Below, piece after piece: positions 13,201-25,813 of a stretch of 64,000 nt of DNA. The DNA comes from Antedon mediterranea (taxonomy: Eukaryota > Animalia > Echinodermata), in the NCBI RefSeq assembly GCF_964355755.1, contig NC_092671.1:9176001-9240000 (forward strand). Reading direction: 5' to 3'. The translations under genes were made by a program, and so were the position numbers. Each line of letters begins with the position of its first letter. Positions within the stretch are counted from its first letter, which is position 1. The notes under the pieces were generated by a model. The model did no database searches and had not been told where the DNA came from. It saw only the letters and a program-made list of their open reading frames with translations.

Positions 13201-16200
13201 TGGAGTGGCTTTTAATTTGTCAAGAAATCTTTCTATGATTAACAAAAAAGGGTATCCAGAAAAATGTCTAAATTCATGAACTAAATCAGACCAAACATAG
13301 TAATTAATTTAATCAAGTGGCCATATACAGTCTTAAGATATAGTATCTATAATATTTTCTAGTCTTTATGATATATATAGTTTTTCTATGGGTTTTTTGT
13401 GGCAAGCTCAATATGTACTGTAGTATCATATACTGGGCATAATTATGTGTTTGGTTAAAAAGGCATCAAATTTGATTTACCATTTTGGACCTTGGTAGGT
13501 TTTTTAGGGTTTTAAACCTTGAGGGAGTTTACCATACTGTATGACTTTTTGTTCATTTTATATTTACATTTTTATTAAACAGAGAAAAACGAGGAGATGT
13601 GATTCTTGCTGTGGAGGTTAGTTAGCTATTTTGTTTTATTATAGCATTAATCTCTACTTCAAACAATGTTACTGTTTTTTAATTTTGTGCAATTATTTGT
13701 AAAAAAAATAGCATATACTCACACTGATGTTACCGTAACAAGATTTGTGAGAAAACCTGCCACAAGACGACACAGCTGGATTGAAAGAATAAGCATGCCT
13801 ACCAGCCTAAAAGGATGTTATGAATCTACACAAAATATAAGGTTTATTGTCTAATAAAGGCAGATTAGAATAAAATAAACTTAACATGAAGTTTGAATAA
13901 TTTACAGTATGGATACCATTTGGCCAGCTTAAAAAATCAATTAAATTCAAAGTGATATTTATTTAGTTAGAAAAACAGTTACCAAAATGTTGGTAACTAA
14001 TACAATGATAAAGTTGAAAAAGGCATGTTCAAAAATAGCAATATGCTTGTGGAAGACATGCCTATAGACAAAGATGATATTTAAAAAAACAGACAGATAA
14101 AAAATATAAAAAACCCCAAAAATAGCATATACATAGGTATACAGTCGTCTTCTGGTAAACATATTGAAGTTTACAATAGATAACTACTACAGTATTTGGT
14201 CTAAGTGAATTCTCTGGTACATAGATGAAATTTGTGTGTATACATTTGTTAAATATTGATCAATTTTTAAATTTCAATTTAATTTATTTCCACAATATAA
14301 TAACATACATACAGGATAAAAAATACAATTAAGTAATCATGTGGCGGGGGGGGGGGGGGGGGGAAAGGAGGAGTGTTATATAAGTCAGAAAGACTTTAAA
14401 TTTGACCCACCCCAAGATATAATATTAAATACGAATACGAAAAAAAATATATATAAATTGACTAATAATAAATAAAAGAAAACAAAGCTTCTATTCAAAC
14501 CATATTATCCGATCTTAACTGGCCTTATAAAATATATATATTTAACAACCTTTTATCTGTAAAATATTTAATACTATTATTTAAAAATAATGTTTTCATT
14601 CAATTATTTCATTCCAAAAAGATATATTTATACAATACTGTCAATTCCACTCTTTTATTTATTTTTGTTTTGTTTAAATGATAAATACATTAGCCAAAGT
14701 GCTACTTTAAAATAAGTACCAGACTGCAGACAAGTATTGCATTTACTGGTACAGAGTAAAATAAACAAGCTTTAGTAAAAAAGTATTTTCACAATATTTG
14801 TATTCCATTTCCATAGATATTTTTATTCCATTTCCCTAGATATTTGTTTATAATTTATATCTTATTGGAAGATGATTATTAATATAATATAACTAATTTT
14901 TTTTGTCCTTTATGACCCTGATCTAAATTATGTTTTTATAGATGAATGGGTCCGAGTTACCTCGAGATCATGGCTACCCGGTACGAGTGATTGTTCCTGG
15001 GTATATTGGAGCAAGGTAATAATACTGTATATTACTTCCAGACATAAATTTCTGGTTTTTCTAACAAAATTAGTAAATTGTGTGATTGCCAGTCATAACA
15101 GTACTGTAGTTATAACCAAAGATAAAAAAAACCATAAACAATGTATAAAGGATATTTAAAAATCTACATGATGGGGTTCACCAAAAAAACGAAGTATATT
15201 GGACAAGTGGCTCAAGAAAATTTAAGAAAAAATGTAAATTTTTATTTAATTTATAAACAATGAATTGGAGCCTATAAAACATATTTTTCGGTTTGTTTTT
15301 GTTTTGTATTTGAAGATTAAAATTTACTTGTTTGATTTCTGTCAGGAGTGTAAAGTGGCTGAAGACTATAAGAATCCAGATGCATGAGTCTACCAACTAT
15401 TACCAGAAGAAAGATTACAAGCTTTTCCTGCCTGAGGTACTTTACACAAATAATTGTCATGAGTTGAAAGATTGTTGAATAGCCCAGTTATCTTTCAACT
15501 CATGAAAATATTCTCTCATTCCACAAACACTTTTTACAATTTTTATGGCCGTGCCAGCTTGCCCCACCCCAACTCCTCCCCTATTTTGAAATAGCATGGC
15601 ATCCATCACTGCTCCATTTTTAAAGATATATTGTCCCCGAACAACATGAAAAATGAAGACTAATTAAATCAGATTTTGAATAAGCCATTTTGTAGTTTTA
15701 ACAAAGTTAATCACTTCCGAAGAAAAAAAACCCTGAAAAAACAATGTTTTCATTTATAAAATGACAAAATAAATGGTTAAATTCAACCAAAAACCTATTG
15801 GCTGGCAGCGAATTTGACTATTTTTTGCTTTAAATTATAGTTTTTTTCAGGTAAATAAATTTGTTTTGATCGAATTTTTGGTCAAAGTGGATAACTATTA
15901 TCCGACATTAAAATGGCATATTCAACAAACAAATGTTTAAGAATTATTTTTTCAGGGGACAATACATCTTTAAAATATGTTGTCTGTGTTGCATTATGGT
16001 TTGCGTAGGTTGACTGGGATACAGTGGATGAATTGTGGGATAAGTCACCAGCCATACAAGAACTGAATGTGCAAGCAGCAATCACGCAACCTACAGATAA
16101 TGAGAGGATCCCAAAGGGTTCAAGTTACACAGTCAAGGGCTACGCATTGTCTGGCGGTGGAAGAAAGTATGTAATAACCTTTGTAATTTAACTTATAGAG

Positions 16201-18461
16201 GTATTATTCAGATAGAGAGCTAACTAGATGACAGAGAATTGATGTGTACAGGGCAGGGACTCCTCAAAATGGTAGCCAAACTGTTAACAAATATTATTGG
16301 TGTATATTAACGTTAAAAAAAATTACGTTTTTAGAAAATTAATTATAGGGTAATTATATATATATATATATATATTTTAGATGTTTTAAAATATTTTTAT
16401 CATTGTTTTATATGTTGTTTTTAATACTGTTTTATTCATGAAACTTTTACTTGTTTTATGTGATTTTGATCAATTAAATGATCTGAATGAATGTTGTTAA
16501 TTGTCATGGATTTCCACATACAAAGATTGTTATAATAATATGGATGATTGAAGCCTGACTTCAAACTGTTGTATCTGATTTGCTTATTGGTGCAGCCATA
16601 TTTAATCCTCTTTTCATGGTGCTGATTAAGTTGTTACTCTCTAGATGATCAATTGAACAAATATGATTTTAACTGTGAGGGATAATATTAATATTCTTCA
16701 CGTACAAACCTTTACAGGACTACAAAACGTATGTTGTTCAGTGGCGTAATGGCTATGATCGCTCACTGGATAAACCCAAGGGCCCCTGGTGGCGCCTGAA
16801 CAGTGCCCAGAGGAAAAAAACAGGCATTCAAATATGCCAAAAATGCTAAAAACCTTGGAACTAGGAGGGCCACTTAGGTTTCCTAAACCAGGGGCCTCAG
16901 GCCTCTGCATTACACCACTGATGTTGTTCTTCATTTGTTGAAATATTCAGGTTTTCCCCCTCATTTTTGTTTTGCCTATTTATTCCTAAATACGTGTGGT
17001 TAATATAAAACTTAACCATGAAATCCATTGAGTTAATACAGTACAATATTAAAATAGAAATTATTCTTTACAGCTTATAACAAGCAACCAACCATGAATT
17101 GTCTACAGTATTGTTTGTATATTAGCATCCTGTTGATATTGAATGTTCGGTGTTTTCCCTATATTTCTGTTTATTTGTTGACATTTCTAAACTTTTATGT
17201 ATATATTGGTATTATTCCAAAAAGTAATGCCAGAAATGAGTATTTAATTAACCACTTGCACTACATGGCCTTTATGCTAAGAATTTTCATTTGGTTAAAG
17301 ATGTATTGTGTCCAAGAAATACAAATAAATAAAATTCAATTTTGAATAGGCCATTTTTCAGGTGGATAATATATCTTTAACAAATGTTTATCAAAAATGT
17401 TAATTGCTAATTTAATTACTAATTTATTGTAGGATAACACGTGTTGATATTTCCTTTGATGGCGGTAAGAGCTGGAAAGTTGCCAACTTGTTTACAGCCT
17501 CCCAGAATCTGCCTAAAATGGATACAAAATGGAGCTGGGATTTCTGGGAATGTAGTGTCAAGTTTATGCCATCACCCTGTCAGATTATCTGCCGGGCTTG
17601 TAAGTAAAACCATTTTATTGTTAATGTTATATAATAGTTCTTTTTAGCTAGAGATTTCAAATATTGTCCCTAACCAACGAATATTAAACCTTCATTTTTT
17701 AACGCCTCACTGTTCTAGAGTAAGATTTAATTCAATTAACCTGCTGCTTCTATCTTTAATGTGAAAGGCTATTCTAAAAAAAAGAAACCCCAAATTTTGC
17801 CTGTATGGTAGAGCAGTTACCTACACACACTGTGTCACCTGCCAGCCACATTGCACAACAATAGCAAAATTCTTACAAAAAGCATGGTGTGAAATAGTAA
17901 ACTGTTGAAAAATCTTGAATTGAAAGTTGAAGGCTGGGGCATTTACCTTAGCAGCCCACAGCACCCTGAGGCGACGTCAGAACAACAGAAACGAACCCAT
18001 AGTTTATTTTGTTGACAGTCAATATGGATACAATACAACAATACAAGAACATATTACATTCAGTGGCGTAACACAGTAGCCCAAGGCCCTTGGTTACGAA
18101 CCTTAAGTGGCCCTCCAACGCTGGAGGCCGACCTTGAACGTTTTTAGCCTTTTTCGACATATGCATGCTTTTTCCTCTGGGCACTGCTTATGGGCCCCCA
18201 TAAGCTCCAGGCCCCTGGGTTTAGCCAGTGAGCGCTCATAGCCGTTACGCACTGATTATGTTGGTCTGAACAGGCTCTTAGGTTTGTAAAAATTGATCTT
18301 ATTCAACCTTCAAATATATTTACAATTGGATATTTTTCTATCCAGGGGATGAGGGGTCAAACACTATGCCAGAAAATATTCATCAGATATGGAACTTGCG
18401 TGGTGTCATGAATAATTCATGGGTACGAGTCAATGTGGTCTCTGATGAAGCAAAGCTATAA
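10262..18461 (+). CDS. Sulfite oxidase, Moco + dimerisation domains only (heme-less), C-terminal PTS1 AKL, 384 aa
   Basis: Exons 10262-10440, 10708-10804, 12164-12211, 12585-12674, 13040-13140, 13583-13616, 14942-15015, 15346-15436, 16009-16166, 17433-17599 and 18346-18461 total 1155 nt, all GT-AG and in phase. Motifs: PFNAEPP, FYVRNH, CAGNRR, MNGxxLPRDHGYPVR, GARSVKWL, DYK, GYALSGGG, WNLRG. Confidence 0.95.
11001..11320 (-). mobile_element. Probable HINE-like repeat, family C
   Basis: AACAAG end plus hairpin GCAC-GAAT-GTGC; CGGGTAC motif near both ends; GC-richer than the surrounding intron. Confidence 0.35.
12689..12750 (+). repeat. Fragment of the palindromic element at 43330-43610
   Basis: Nearly identical to 43547-43610 (CCATGTGACCCACAATC...GGTGTTATATAATA). 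Confidence 0.7.
16739..16920 (+). mobile_element. hAT MITE
   Basis: TIR CAGTGGCGTAATG/CATTACACCACTG; perfect 8-bp TSD ATGTTGTT. Confidence 0.85.
18061..18254 (-). mobile_element. hAT MITE of the same family, opposite orientation
   Basis: TIR CAGTGGCGTAAC/GTTACGCACTG; TSD ATTACATT/ATTATGTT. Its right part is the reverse complement of the left part of 16739-16920. Confidence 0.8.
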
Positions 18462-19771
18462 GAAGTTTGAAGTTCAAAGTGCATGACATGAATGATGACC
18501 TTTGTTGTATGTGTTCAATAGATTATATTGAGAGATCATTTATGAGAATGTAAAATTGTATGATTACATTGTTATTGTGTATACATAAAAAAAGGATTCA
18601 AAAAGTGCTATACCTTCCAATATAGTAAAAAATTATATTTAAAATTAATATAAACTTGACCATTGCTAAAAATAAAATGAGTAAGAATTAAATATAACCT
18701 TAGCATTTCACTGCCCACATGTTCACAAAAAAAAAACTAAATGTGTTTGTTTTGTTTTTAAATATTCAACATTCTTTATTTTCCTGTAATTTTGGCAACA
18801 AAAAAGAAGTGATTAAAACATGTGAAAGTGTACTACAAATTTATCTTTGATTATCCTTAGATATAGTGAAATTCGCTGTTTATTATTTTGTTACCAATAA
18901 ACCTAATTCTTCCTAAATATATACTCATTTTCTCTTATTCAACATTTTCATTTTTTATCTTTAATGGAGTTTGTCTATTTTTTTTCCCATACAGCAGCCA
19001 GTCATCATTTCCTTATATTTTCTTTTGTATTTGCTGAAATTGTAATTTCCAAAACGGCTGGTTAATTTATACTTATAACTTATACTATAGTCGAGTCAAA
19101 CAAAAACAGTCAAAGGTCAATTTGCAGGTCACTGACATAGTTAATCATTTTCTTTGTAAGGAAAAAACATGCTCGATATTTGATATACTTATATACACTT
19201 TAATATCTGAATATTATTTACAATCATAACGTTGGTTATCTACCGTAACTGATTGAAGCGCCGCCTGTACATTCTATAAGTAAAATATAATGTTAATTTT
19301 AATAAGCGCTGAGATTTTTATACAATACACTTATAGCGGTATACACATACTTCTGTTATTTTGTGGGTGAATTTGATTGTCACCGTGCTGTACCGTGTAT
19401 CCGTAATATCTTAGCCTATCAATTCATATCCATATTAATGTTTCATAATAAATAGTAATTGAATAATAGTTGAAAATTCGTTGGAATTTGTGATGTTAAA
19501 ACCACAGACTAATTGTAATGCTCAATAACATATCGCACCTTTTCTGAAAAACCATGACGTCGACCGGTACCATTGTACGATGATGAGTGTGAAATGTACT
19601 TAGAAGATCACCAGATTTAAAAGTACTAAAACGGGAAATGTGTACTGTAGTCCTATATACAAAATGGTACAGTCAATTCGTTTCGTTGGTACGGGTTAAA
19701 ATAATTAGTTAGAAAGATTTAAGCAGAACTGTGCATTACATACATGGTTAGCTAAATACTCGTGCACTGTA

Positions 19772-20869
19772 TCAACAGGATGAGGTAGTTACTCCACTGC
19801 TTTGAGATGGCGAAGATGAATTTGGATGAAAGTCTCGTCTTGCTAGGCCATGTATTTTACGCCAAATCTGATGCAAGCCGTTTCGAAAATCTCTCATCTT
19901 AACACCATAGATTATTGGGTTAATACACATATTTGATGTGTACATGAGAACAGTTATTTCGTGTCCAACGATAGTACTGAATTCGAAACATTGGCAGATG
20001 ATATAAACCAGATACAGCGTAAAGTTTGGTGAGCTAGTGCAAATAAACCCAATTACCACGAAAAGCATTGTGAAAATGAGGTTTCTGTGCATGGAGATAT
20101 GAGATGTGGAATTGCGTTTTTCCAAATTCTGCTTCGACTTTTTCTGCTGGTGTGAATTTTGTTCCTTCAGTTCCGGGTTCTGTGTTTGTTGTGAGCGGTT
20201 TTGTTGTTGCTGAAGACTCTTCCGAAATATGTCGTGTTTGCGCACCGTCCATATGACCACACCATAGCAGTAAATCATTATAGATGACGGCACGAAAAAT
20301 AGTAACAAGAAAATACAAATACCGGAGACGTAGCCGACAGTACGATTTGGGTAATTATAGCGACACTCGCCTGGTGAATCTTCGTTTACTTCTGCGAGTA
20401 TTCCAAGATGGAAAAGGATCAAAGTGCCCATAATGTAAGGTATCAAGTAAAACATTATGTAAAACAATATAGATTTATTCTCCTCGCTTCTGAATCTATA
20501 CCATATTGGATGCACAACTGCTAAGTACCGTTCAATTGTGATCACTACTAGGTTATATGTGGATGTTGATGCTATGATCCAAAACAGTGTTCGAGCTTTG
20601 CAGAATATTGTTCCGTATTCACCATCTGGTGCGTCTTGGTTGTAAAAGAACAGGAACGTACAGCAACCAAATAAATCTAAAAACGACTGCTGAACGATTA
20701 AGCCATGTAATAAAGACTTCTTATACATCTTTATATAGACGAATACAACAGTGACCAGAATGTTAAGAACAATTCCAATGCATACGACGGTAAAACGTAA
20801 CGCTACCAGCCATACTGGGTCGTGGTGACGGTCTACTGGCATGGTGAAGTTGTCAGATTCGTTTGACAT
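19772..20869 (-). CDS. Orphan class A (rhodopsin-like) GPCR, intronless CDS, 365 aa
   Basis: Seven hydrophobic segments, ERY after TM3, NPIIY in TM7, N-terminal glycosylation sequons, Gln-rich ICL3. Confidence 0.92.
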   Translation of the reverse strand: MSNESDNFTMPVDRHHDPVWLVALRFTVVCIGIVLNILVTVVFVYIKMYKKSLLHGLIVQQSFLDLFGCCTFLFFYNQDAPDGEYGTIFCKARTLFWIIASTSTYNLVVITIERYLAVVHPIWYRFRSEENKSILFYIMFYLIPYIMGTLILFHLGILAEVNEDSPGECRYNYPNRTVGYVSGICIFLLLFFVPSSIMIYCYGVVIWTVRKHDIFRKSLQQQQNRSQQTQNPELKEQNSHQQKKSKQNLEKRNSTSHISMHRNLIFTMLFVVIGFICTSSPNFTLYLVYIICQCFEFSTIVGHEITVLMYTSNMCINPIIYGVKMRDFRNGLHQIWRKIHGLARRDFHPNSSSPSQSSGVTTSSC

Positions 20870-22437
20870 GATTGAATCTGTGAATTATAAATTACATCTT
20901 GTTATTAGATGGGTGAAGAAATATTTATTATAAAGCTGGGGAGAGAATGAATCTTTCGACGTATACAAGACGGTTGCGACAGTCGTGACGCAAGAAACAA
21001 ATTAACAATTTAAAGTGGAAGCATTTGGTTAGCTAAAGTTAAAGCAGACTTCCAAGTGTTCCAAGTTAACCGATATTTTGCGTGATCTCCCGCTTTTTTT
21101 TAACGTTGGGACCTGTGTTACAGGTTAGTCCAACCATAGATTAAATAATTATTCAATCCATGGTCAAACTATCTGCTTCGTTACCTCAATATGATCTGAA
21201 ATGTTACTGTTACCAAGGAAGAGGAAGATTAATCTTCTCTGCTGTTACCAATTTTTATAGAAATACAAAAGCTTGTAAAAAAAATCAATAATTACCCATT
21301 TTAGCTCAAGTTTCGTCTCAAATGTACGTGCATCTAACTCCAGTCACAATCATACACTGCTCAGTATAGAAGGGGGTAATAAATTATATTTGATTTTATG
21401 AATGCGTTTGTACAAAGAATTAAAAAGTTTCCGTTAAGTTTTGTTGTTTTTGATTGGACTGTCATGCATGTCTCGTCTAAAGTCACCGTTATTTTAAACT
21501 AGCCAGAACAAGAAGCACGGAATGTATTATGTTTGATTGTATGAATGCTTGATATAGTTTTCATCGAAAGTTATTTTATAATTGTCTTAGATTAGATTGG
21601 AATGTCACTGTTGCGGTTATGAGGCAAGGACAAACCATTATTGTATTTAATTATGAAGAAATCTTGGCACAACAGTTTGTTTTGCATTGGAATGTCATAC
21701 AAACGGTTAACAAAGACAAAGCTCAGTGAATAGATATAATAGACAGACATATTTAAAGTGCACCCTATTGCAAAAGGGGATTTCCCTTTATTTTTCCGGT
21801 TCTTTTAAATCATATACTATAATAATAACTTTACATAATACAATTAATAAAAGCACTATGGTGATTAAATCTGGAAATTTGTCATAAACTCAAATTAATT
21901 ATGAAGTTAATCCAGGGTTGCAGCGGCCTGTGACACAGTCACGAGAGGCAAGATGTGGTTGAATATTACTTGGGCCTAATTCACACATCTAGTATTTAAA
22001 TAGATGATCAGCATTGGATGTACAGTTTACTTAATAAATAAATATTAAAGTTCAATGTTATTTCTGTAAACTAAAATTCAGAACCGTGGCTGAAACTCAT
22101 GTTTTAAAAACAAAGATAGCAATACAATTGCATTTTAAAAATAACAATTTGACAATATTATTTCATGTAAATCTGCATCGTCTTTCAACGTTAAATAGTT
22201 GGCCCTATACTAAAATATTACATATAGCATTTTAATAATTATTACAGTATGTCGCATTGCTAAGCACTCTATATCCGGTATTATGACCAGTTACCGTATA
22301 GCCCTACTAGCATACGCGAGTCGAGTACCACCCAACACTCCTTTCCCCTTCCCCCAAATTTTAAAACAGGCCTACGCTGCGAAATATAGAAAATTAGTTC
22401 AGTAGCCTACAGCATCTGCATCTGCCGCGTATATTAA

Positions 22438-22616
22438 AGCGTGGTTCCCACTATCGACGCAACACAAGGACGTAACGCAACGCAAGTGAATTAACCAATC
22501 ACAAGCGATGGCTTATTCGCTTATGATTGCTAACTGTCTATAACTTCTCTTGTCATTGGTTAAAACGCTTGCGTTGCGTTTACGTCCTTGCGTTACGTTC
22601 TAGTGGGAACCAAGCT
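22438..22616. mobile_element. PIF/Harbinger-type MITE
   Basis: TIR AGC(G/T)TGGTTCCCACTA with TWA flanks. A one-end fragment lies at about 35248-35277. Confidence 0.75.
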
Positions 22617-22677
22617 TTACAGGTTACACCGTCTTCGTTTCTAGGACCAATCCATCCGCTACGGTACCATGTAAAAG

Positions 22678-23676
22678 TTAAACAGTAGAACTGATATTTT
22701 GTGACGTATCGACAACACTCGATTCACCATTTGCGTCTCGCAGTTTACGCCAAATTTCACGTACACCATTTTTGAAATCTTCCATCTTTGCTCCGTAGAT
22801 TATTGGATTAACACACATATTAAGAGTGCCTATTAGTATTGTTATCCCGTTTTTAACCATAGCGCTGAAATCAAAGCATTGACAAATAGCGTATGTTAGG
22901 TACAAAATGAAATTTGGTGCTGTAGTGATAATGAAGGCAACAACAACAATTAGCATCGTAAATACAAGATTTCTTTTCACGGATACGTATTTTTTCCTGC
23001 TAAGACCAGGAGCATGTTGTCGATTCTCTCGAGATCTTTGACGCAGGCCTATTTGAAACACGATTCGGCAATAGCAGAATATCATAAAACACACCGGGAA
23101 GAAGAACACAAACACAAAAAGAAGTATTCCGGAAAGAAGACCGAATTCTTTAGTATACATAACACATTCACTCTTCTGTTGTTTATTCACCTCAGAAAGT
23201 ACGACAAGATGGAAGGAGATTAAAACCCCGATAATGTAAGGAATCGTGTAAAAGACATTGGATCTTCCGCCAATGTTTCTGTTTCTGTACGTAATAGGAT
23301 GTACCACTGCAATATATCGCTCAAATGTAATCATCACAAGATTGTAGATGGACGCAATTACTCCAAACCAATAAAGCGCTCGACCTTTGCAGAAGCCACG
23401 TCCAGCTCTTGTTCCATCTGGTGCGTCCTGGTTGTAAAAGATCAGGAACATACAGCAAACAAATAGATCTAAAAACGACTGCTGAAATATTAAGCCATGT
23501 AGTAAAGACTTCTTGTACATCTTTATGTACAGGAAAACTACAATGACGCCAGTATTAAGCACGATTCCAATGCATACAAGTACAAAACGTAAAATTATCA
23601 GCCATCTTTCGTCATGCAGTTCTTCCGTTGCAGTGCCAGGAGTGCTGCTACTACCAGTATCATTTTCGTCCATCAT
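22678..23676 (-). CDS. Orphan class A GPCR, paralogue 2
   Basis: 7TM, ERY, NPIIY. The start is probably MMDENDT at 23676, just after a TTTTAG acceptor; the longer ORF-track start lies in the intron. Confidence 0.92.
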   Translation of the reverse strand: MMDENDTGSSSTPGTATEELHDERWLIILRFVLVCIGIVLNTGVIVVFLYIKMYKKSLLHGLIFQQSFLDLFVCCMFLIFYNQDAPDGTRAGRGFCKGRALYWFGVIASIYNLVMITFERYIAVVHPITYRNRNIGGRSNVFYTIPYIIGVLISFHLVVLSEVNKQQKSECVMYTKEFGLLSGILLFVFVFFFPVCFMIFCYCRIVFQIGLRQRSRENRQHAPGLSRKKYVSVKRNLVFTMLIVVVAFIITTAPNFILYLTYAICQCFDFSAMVKNGITILIGTLNMCVNPIIYGAKMEDFKNGVREIWRKLRDANGESSVVDTSQNISSTV

Positions 23677-24683
23677 TAAATAGTCTAAAACAACCAATAG
23701 AAATACTGTAATTTGTAATATACACATTATGACAATAGCACAAAAGACACATAAACTAAATCTTATTTAAACACATCCTTCTGCTAATTTATATTTACAC
23801 TACTTTAATATCTCATCATATTACTTACTTATGTCAATTATATTCAGTTGATCCACATTTTGTTCTAAAGCCACCGATTCTCGGTACTGTATAATTCTCC
23901 AGTAGGCCTATCATATAGGAATATTTGGTAATACAACATCACATGTTTTTTACATGTATCTCCTATATAGACCATAACCAACCCGTCAAAATACTGTAGC
24001 ATGAGGAGATACAGCACTGATAATCGTGTACTAAAGCCCCCTAACACACAACATCAACCAATATTGAACCCTAAAGCAAAGAGAGACCAACAATGTAACG
24101 GTCAAGGCAAAGTAAAACTTATATCACTTTTAAATAAACTCAAGTCTAGGCCTACTCACCCATTTTTCCAACTTAATTTTGTGAAACACCGAGAGTGTAT
24201 TGTTAACAGAAAATACAAGGAACTATTCACAGAAAGTAATTTTAAGACAAGTGTTTTGAAACTATTTACGGTTTCCCCTAATTCCCCGGATTCAGCCAAT
24301 TGACTAGCTTAATTAGAGAAGTTAGACAACTCACAAGTAACGAAGATACACACAATGAAATTAACAGTTTTGTTTCTATTGAAGTTTCAATGAATATCTG
24401 GTTCTAGTGTTCTGCGCATTCGCAATTGGTGCCAACATCCAAGATAACATTAGCTATCTTCTTCAGCCGATTCTCTTGTACGATATCATGTCTAGAGACA
24501 ATAAACTGCGAGGCTGTTTGATTTCGGGCGACGGTTAACAGGCCCATACACGAATGGCATTGTCCAGATAATAACCTAAACCTCTAAATAAATAACTAAG
24601 AAGTTCGTATTTGAAAAATTAATTTAACGTATAATAATAGTGGAATAAAGGTTGTAGTAAGGTATATATAGACATAATTGTAA

Positions 24684-24874
24684 AGGCCAATTTACACAGA
24701 CAAGCGGTAACAGTAATATAAATATAAATATAGAATCTATGTTATTCCTTAATTACCATTTACACACAACGCGGAGCGGACGGGCGGTTTCCGGCAGGAT
24801 AGATACAGATTCTACGTGGGACAAGCTACGCGGTTGTCCGCTTACCGTTACCGCTCGTCTGTGTAAATTGGCCT
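24684..24874. mobile_element. PIF/Harbinger-type MITE
   Basis: TIR AGGCCAATTTACACAGAC/GTCTGTGTAAATTGGCCT; TAA TSD on both sides. Confidence 0.8.
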
Positions 24875-24954
24875 TAATCGTGTGTCGTCTTTAGTTAGAT
24901 AAACAGCATTTTTGTCAAATTTCATTCTTGTATCAGTTTATCTAACAGTGTTTT

Positions 24955-25128
24955 ATATATAAACCCAAAGGCAAATTACTGAAAAAAATGACAATGCTGT
25001 GGGTATCAGTGGCTGGATCTCAATGGAGATACAAAAAAAAAGCGAAAAGCTAAATAAAAACGATAAAGTAAAACAGCCAGAAAAGTTAGCAGAGCTTTCG
25101 GGCAACACTAGCCCTTCATCAGTGCAAG
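24955..25128 (-). mobile_element. Penelope-like terminal-repeat fragment
   Basis: Nearly identical to 58750-58901, (TA)n flank, contains a hammerhead core. Confidence 0.6.
25086..25128 (-). ncRNA. Minimal type I hammerhead ribozyme motif
   Basis: Minus strand reads GCA-CTGATGA-AGGGC(TAGTGTT)GCCC-GAAA-GC-TC-TGC: catalytic core, stem II, palindromic minimal stem III (AGCT), CUC cleavage triplet, stem I GCA/TGC. Confidence 0.65.
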
Positions 25129-25199
25129 CTCTTTATCAGTGTTTTATATATATAAATATCTGTTATATATATAAAACTGTCAAACGAAGGTAACATGAG

Positions 25200-25813
25200 T
25201 TTTTAGTCGCGTGGACGCGACTCTATAGTTCACTATGTCGGTCGGTCGATCTGTCGGTCTGTCGGTCTGTCTGTCGGTCCGGTATCACTATGCGTTTTAT
25301 CGCTTTCTGACCTTATCTTGATATCAGTTTAATCTAGCTAAGTCAATTTTTCACAGTATATTCCTTATGGCAAGGAATCGATGTGGTTATGTTTTTACGG
25401 TGCGCAATAAAAAATTACGCGGTCTACGCACGATTTAACGAAATCACGTTTGTAATCACCATGAATCACAATTAAATAAAATTTGGTACTCATAAATTTC
25501 AGGGCATAAATCATCATATGGCAATACAATTACGTGCGTAGCGCATGTAACGCATGCGTACGCGCGCTTAAAATTTTAAAAATTTCGATGAAATAAGAGT
25601 ACGTTTCAGGCAATTTTAAGCGTTTACAAAATTGCCATGAGTGCGCAGATTTTTGCGCGCTACGCACGTGTAAATTAAAAAAATATAAATGTTTTTAAAC
25701 ATTTCAACATTTTTAAACATGTTCAGTAATTTCGGTCAGTTGGTAGGTTGGTCGGTCGGTCGGTCGGTAAACACTAATGAGCACGCGACTGCAGCCATCT
25801 ATATGGCCTTGTT
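25200..25813 (+). mobile_element. HINE/DINE-1-like family A, longest copy
   Basis: TTTTT start, subTIR/hairpin AGTCGCGTGGACGCGACT, (GTCG/GTCT)n, 3' subTIR CACGCGACT, stem-loop GCCAT-CTAT-ATGGC, CTTGTT end. Confidence 0.8.

Noticed and set aside
15458-15505. 16-bp-arm hairpin TCATGAGTTGAAAGAT as another P-type scar
   Set aside because: CATG ends but no flanking duplication.
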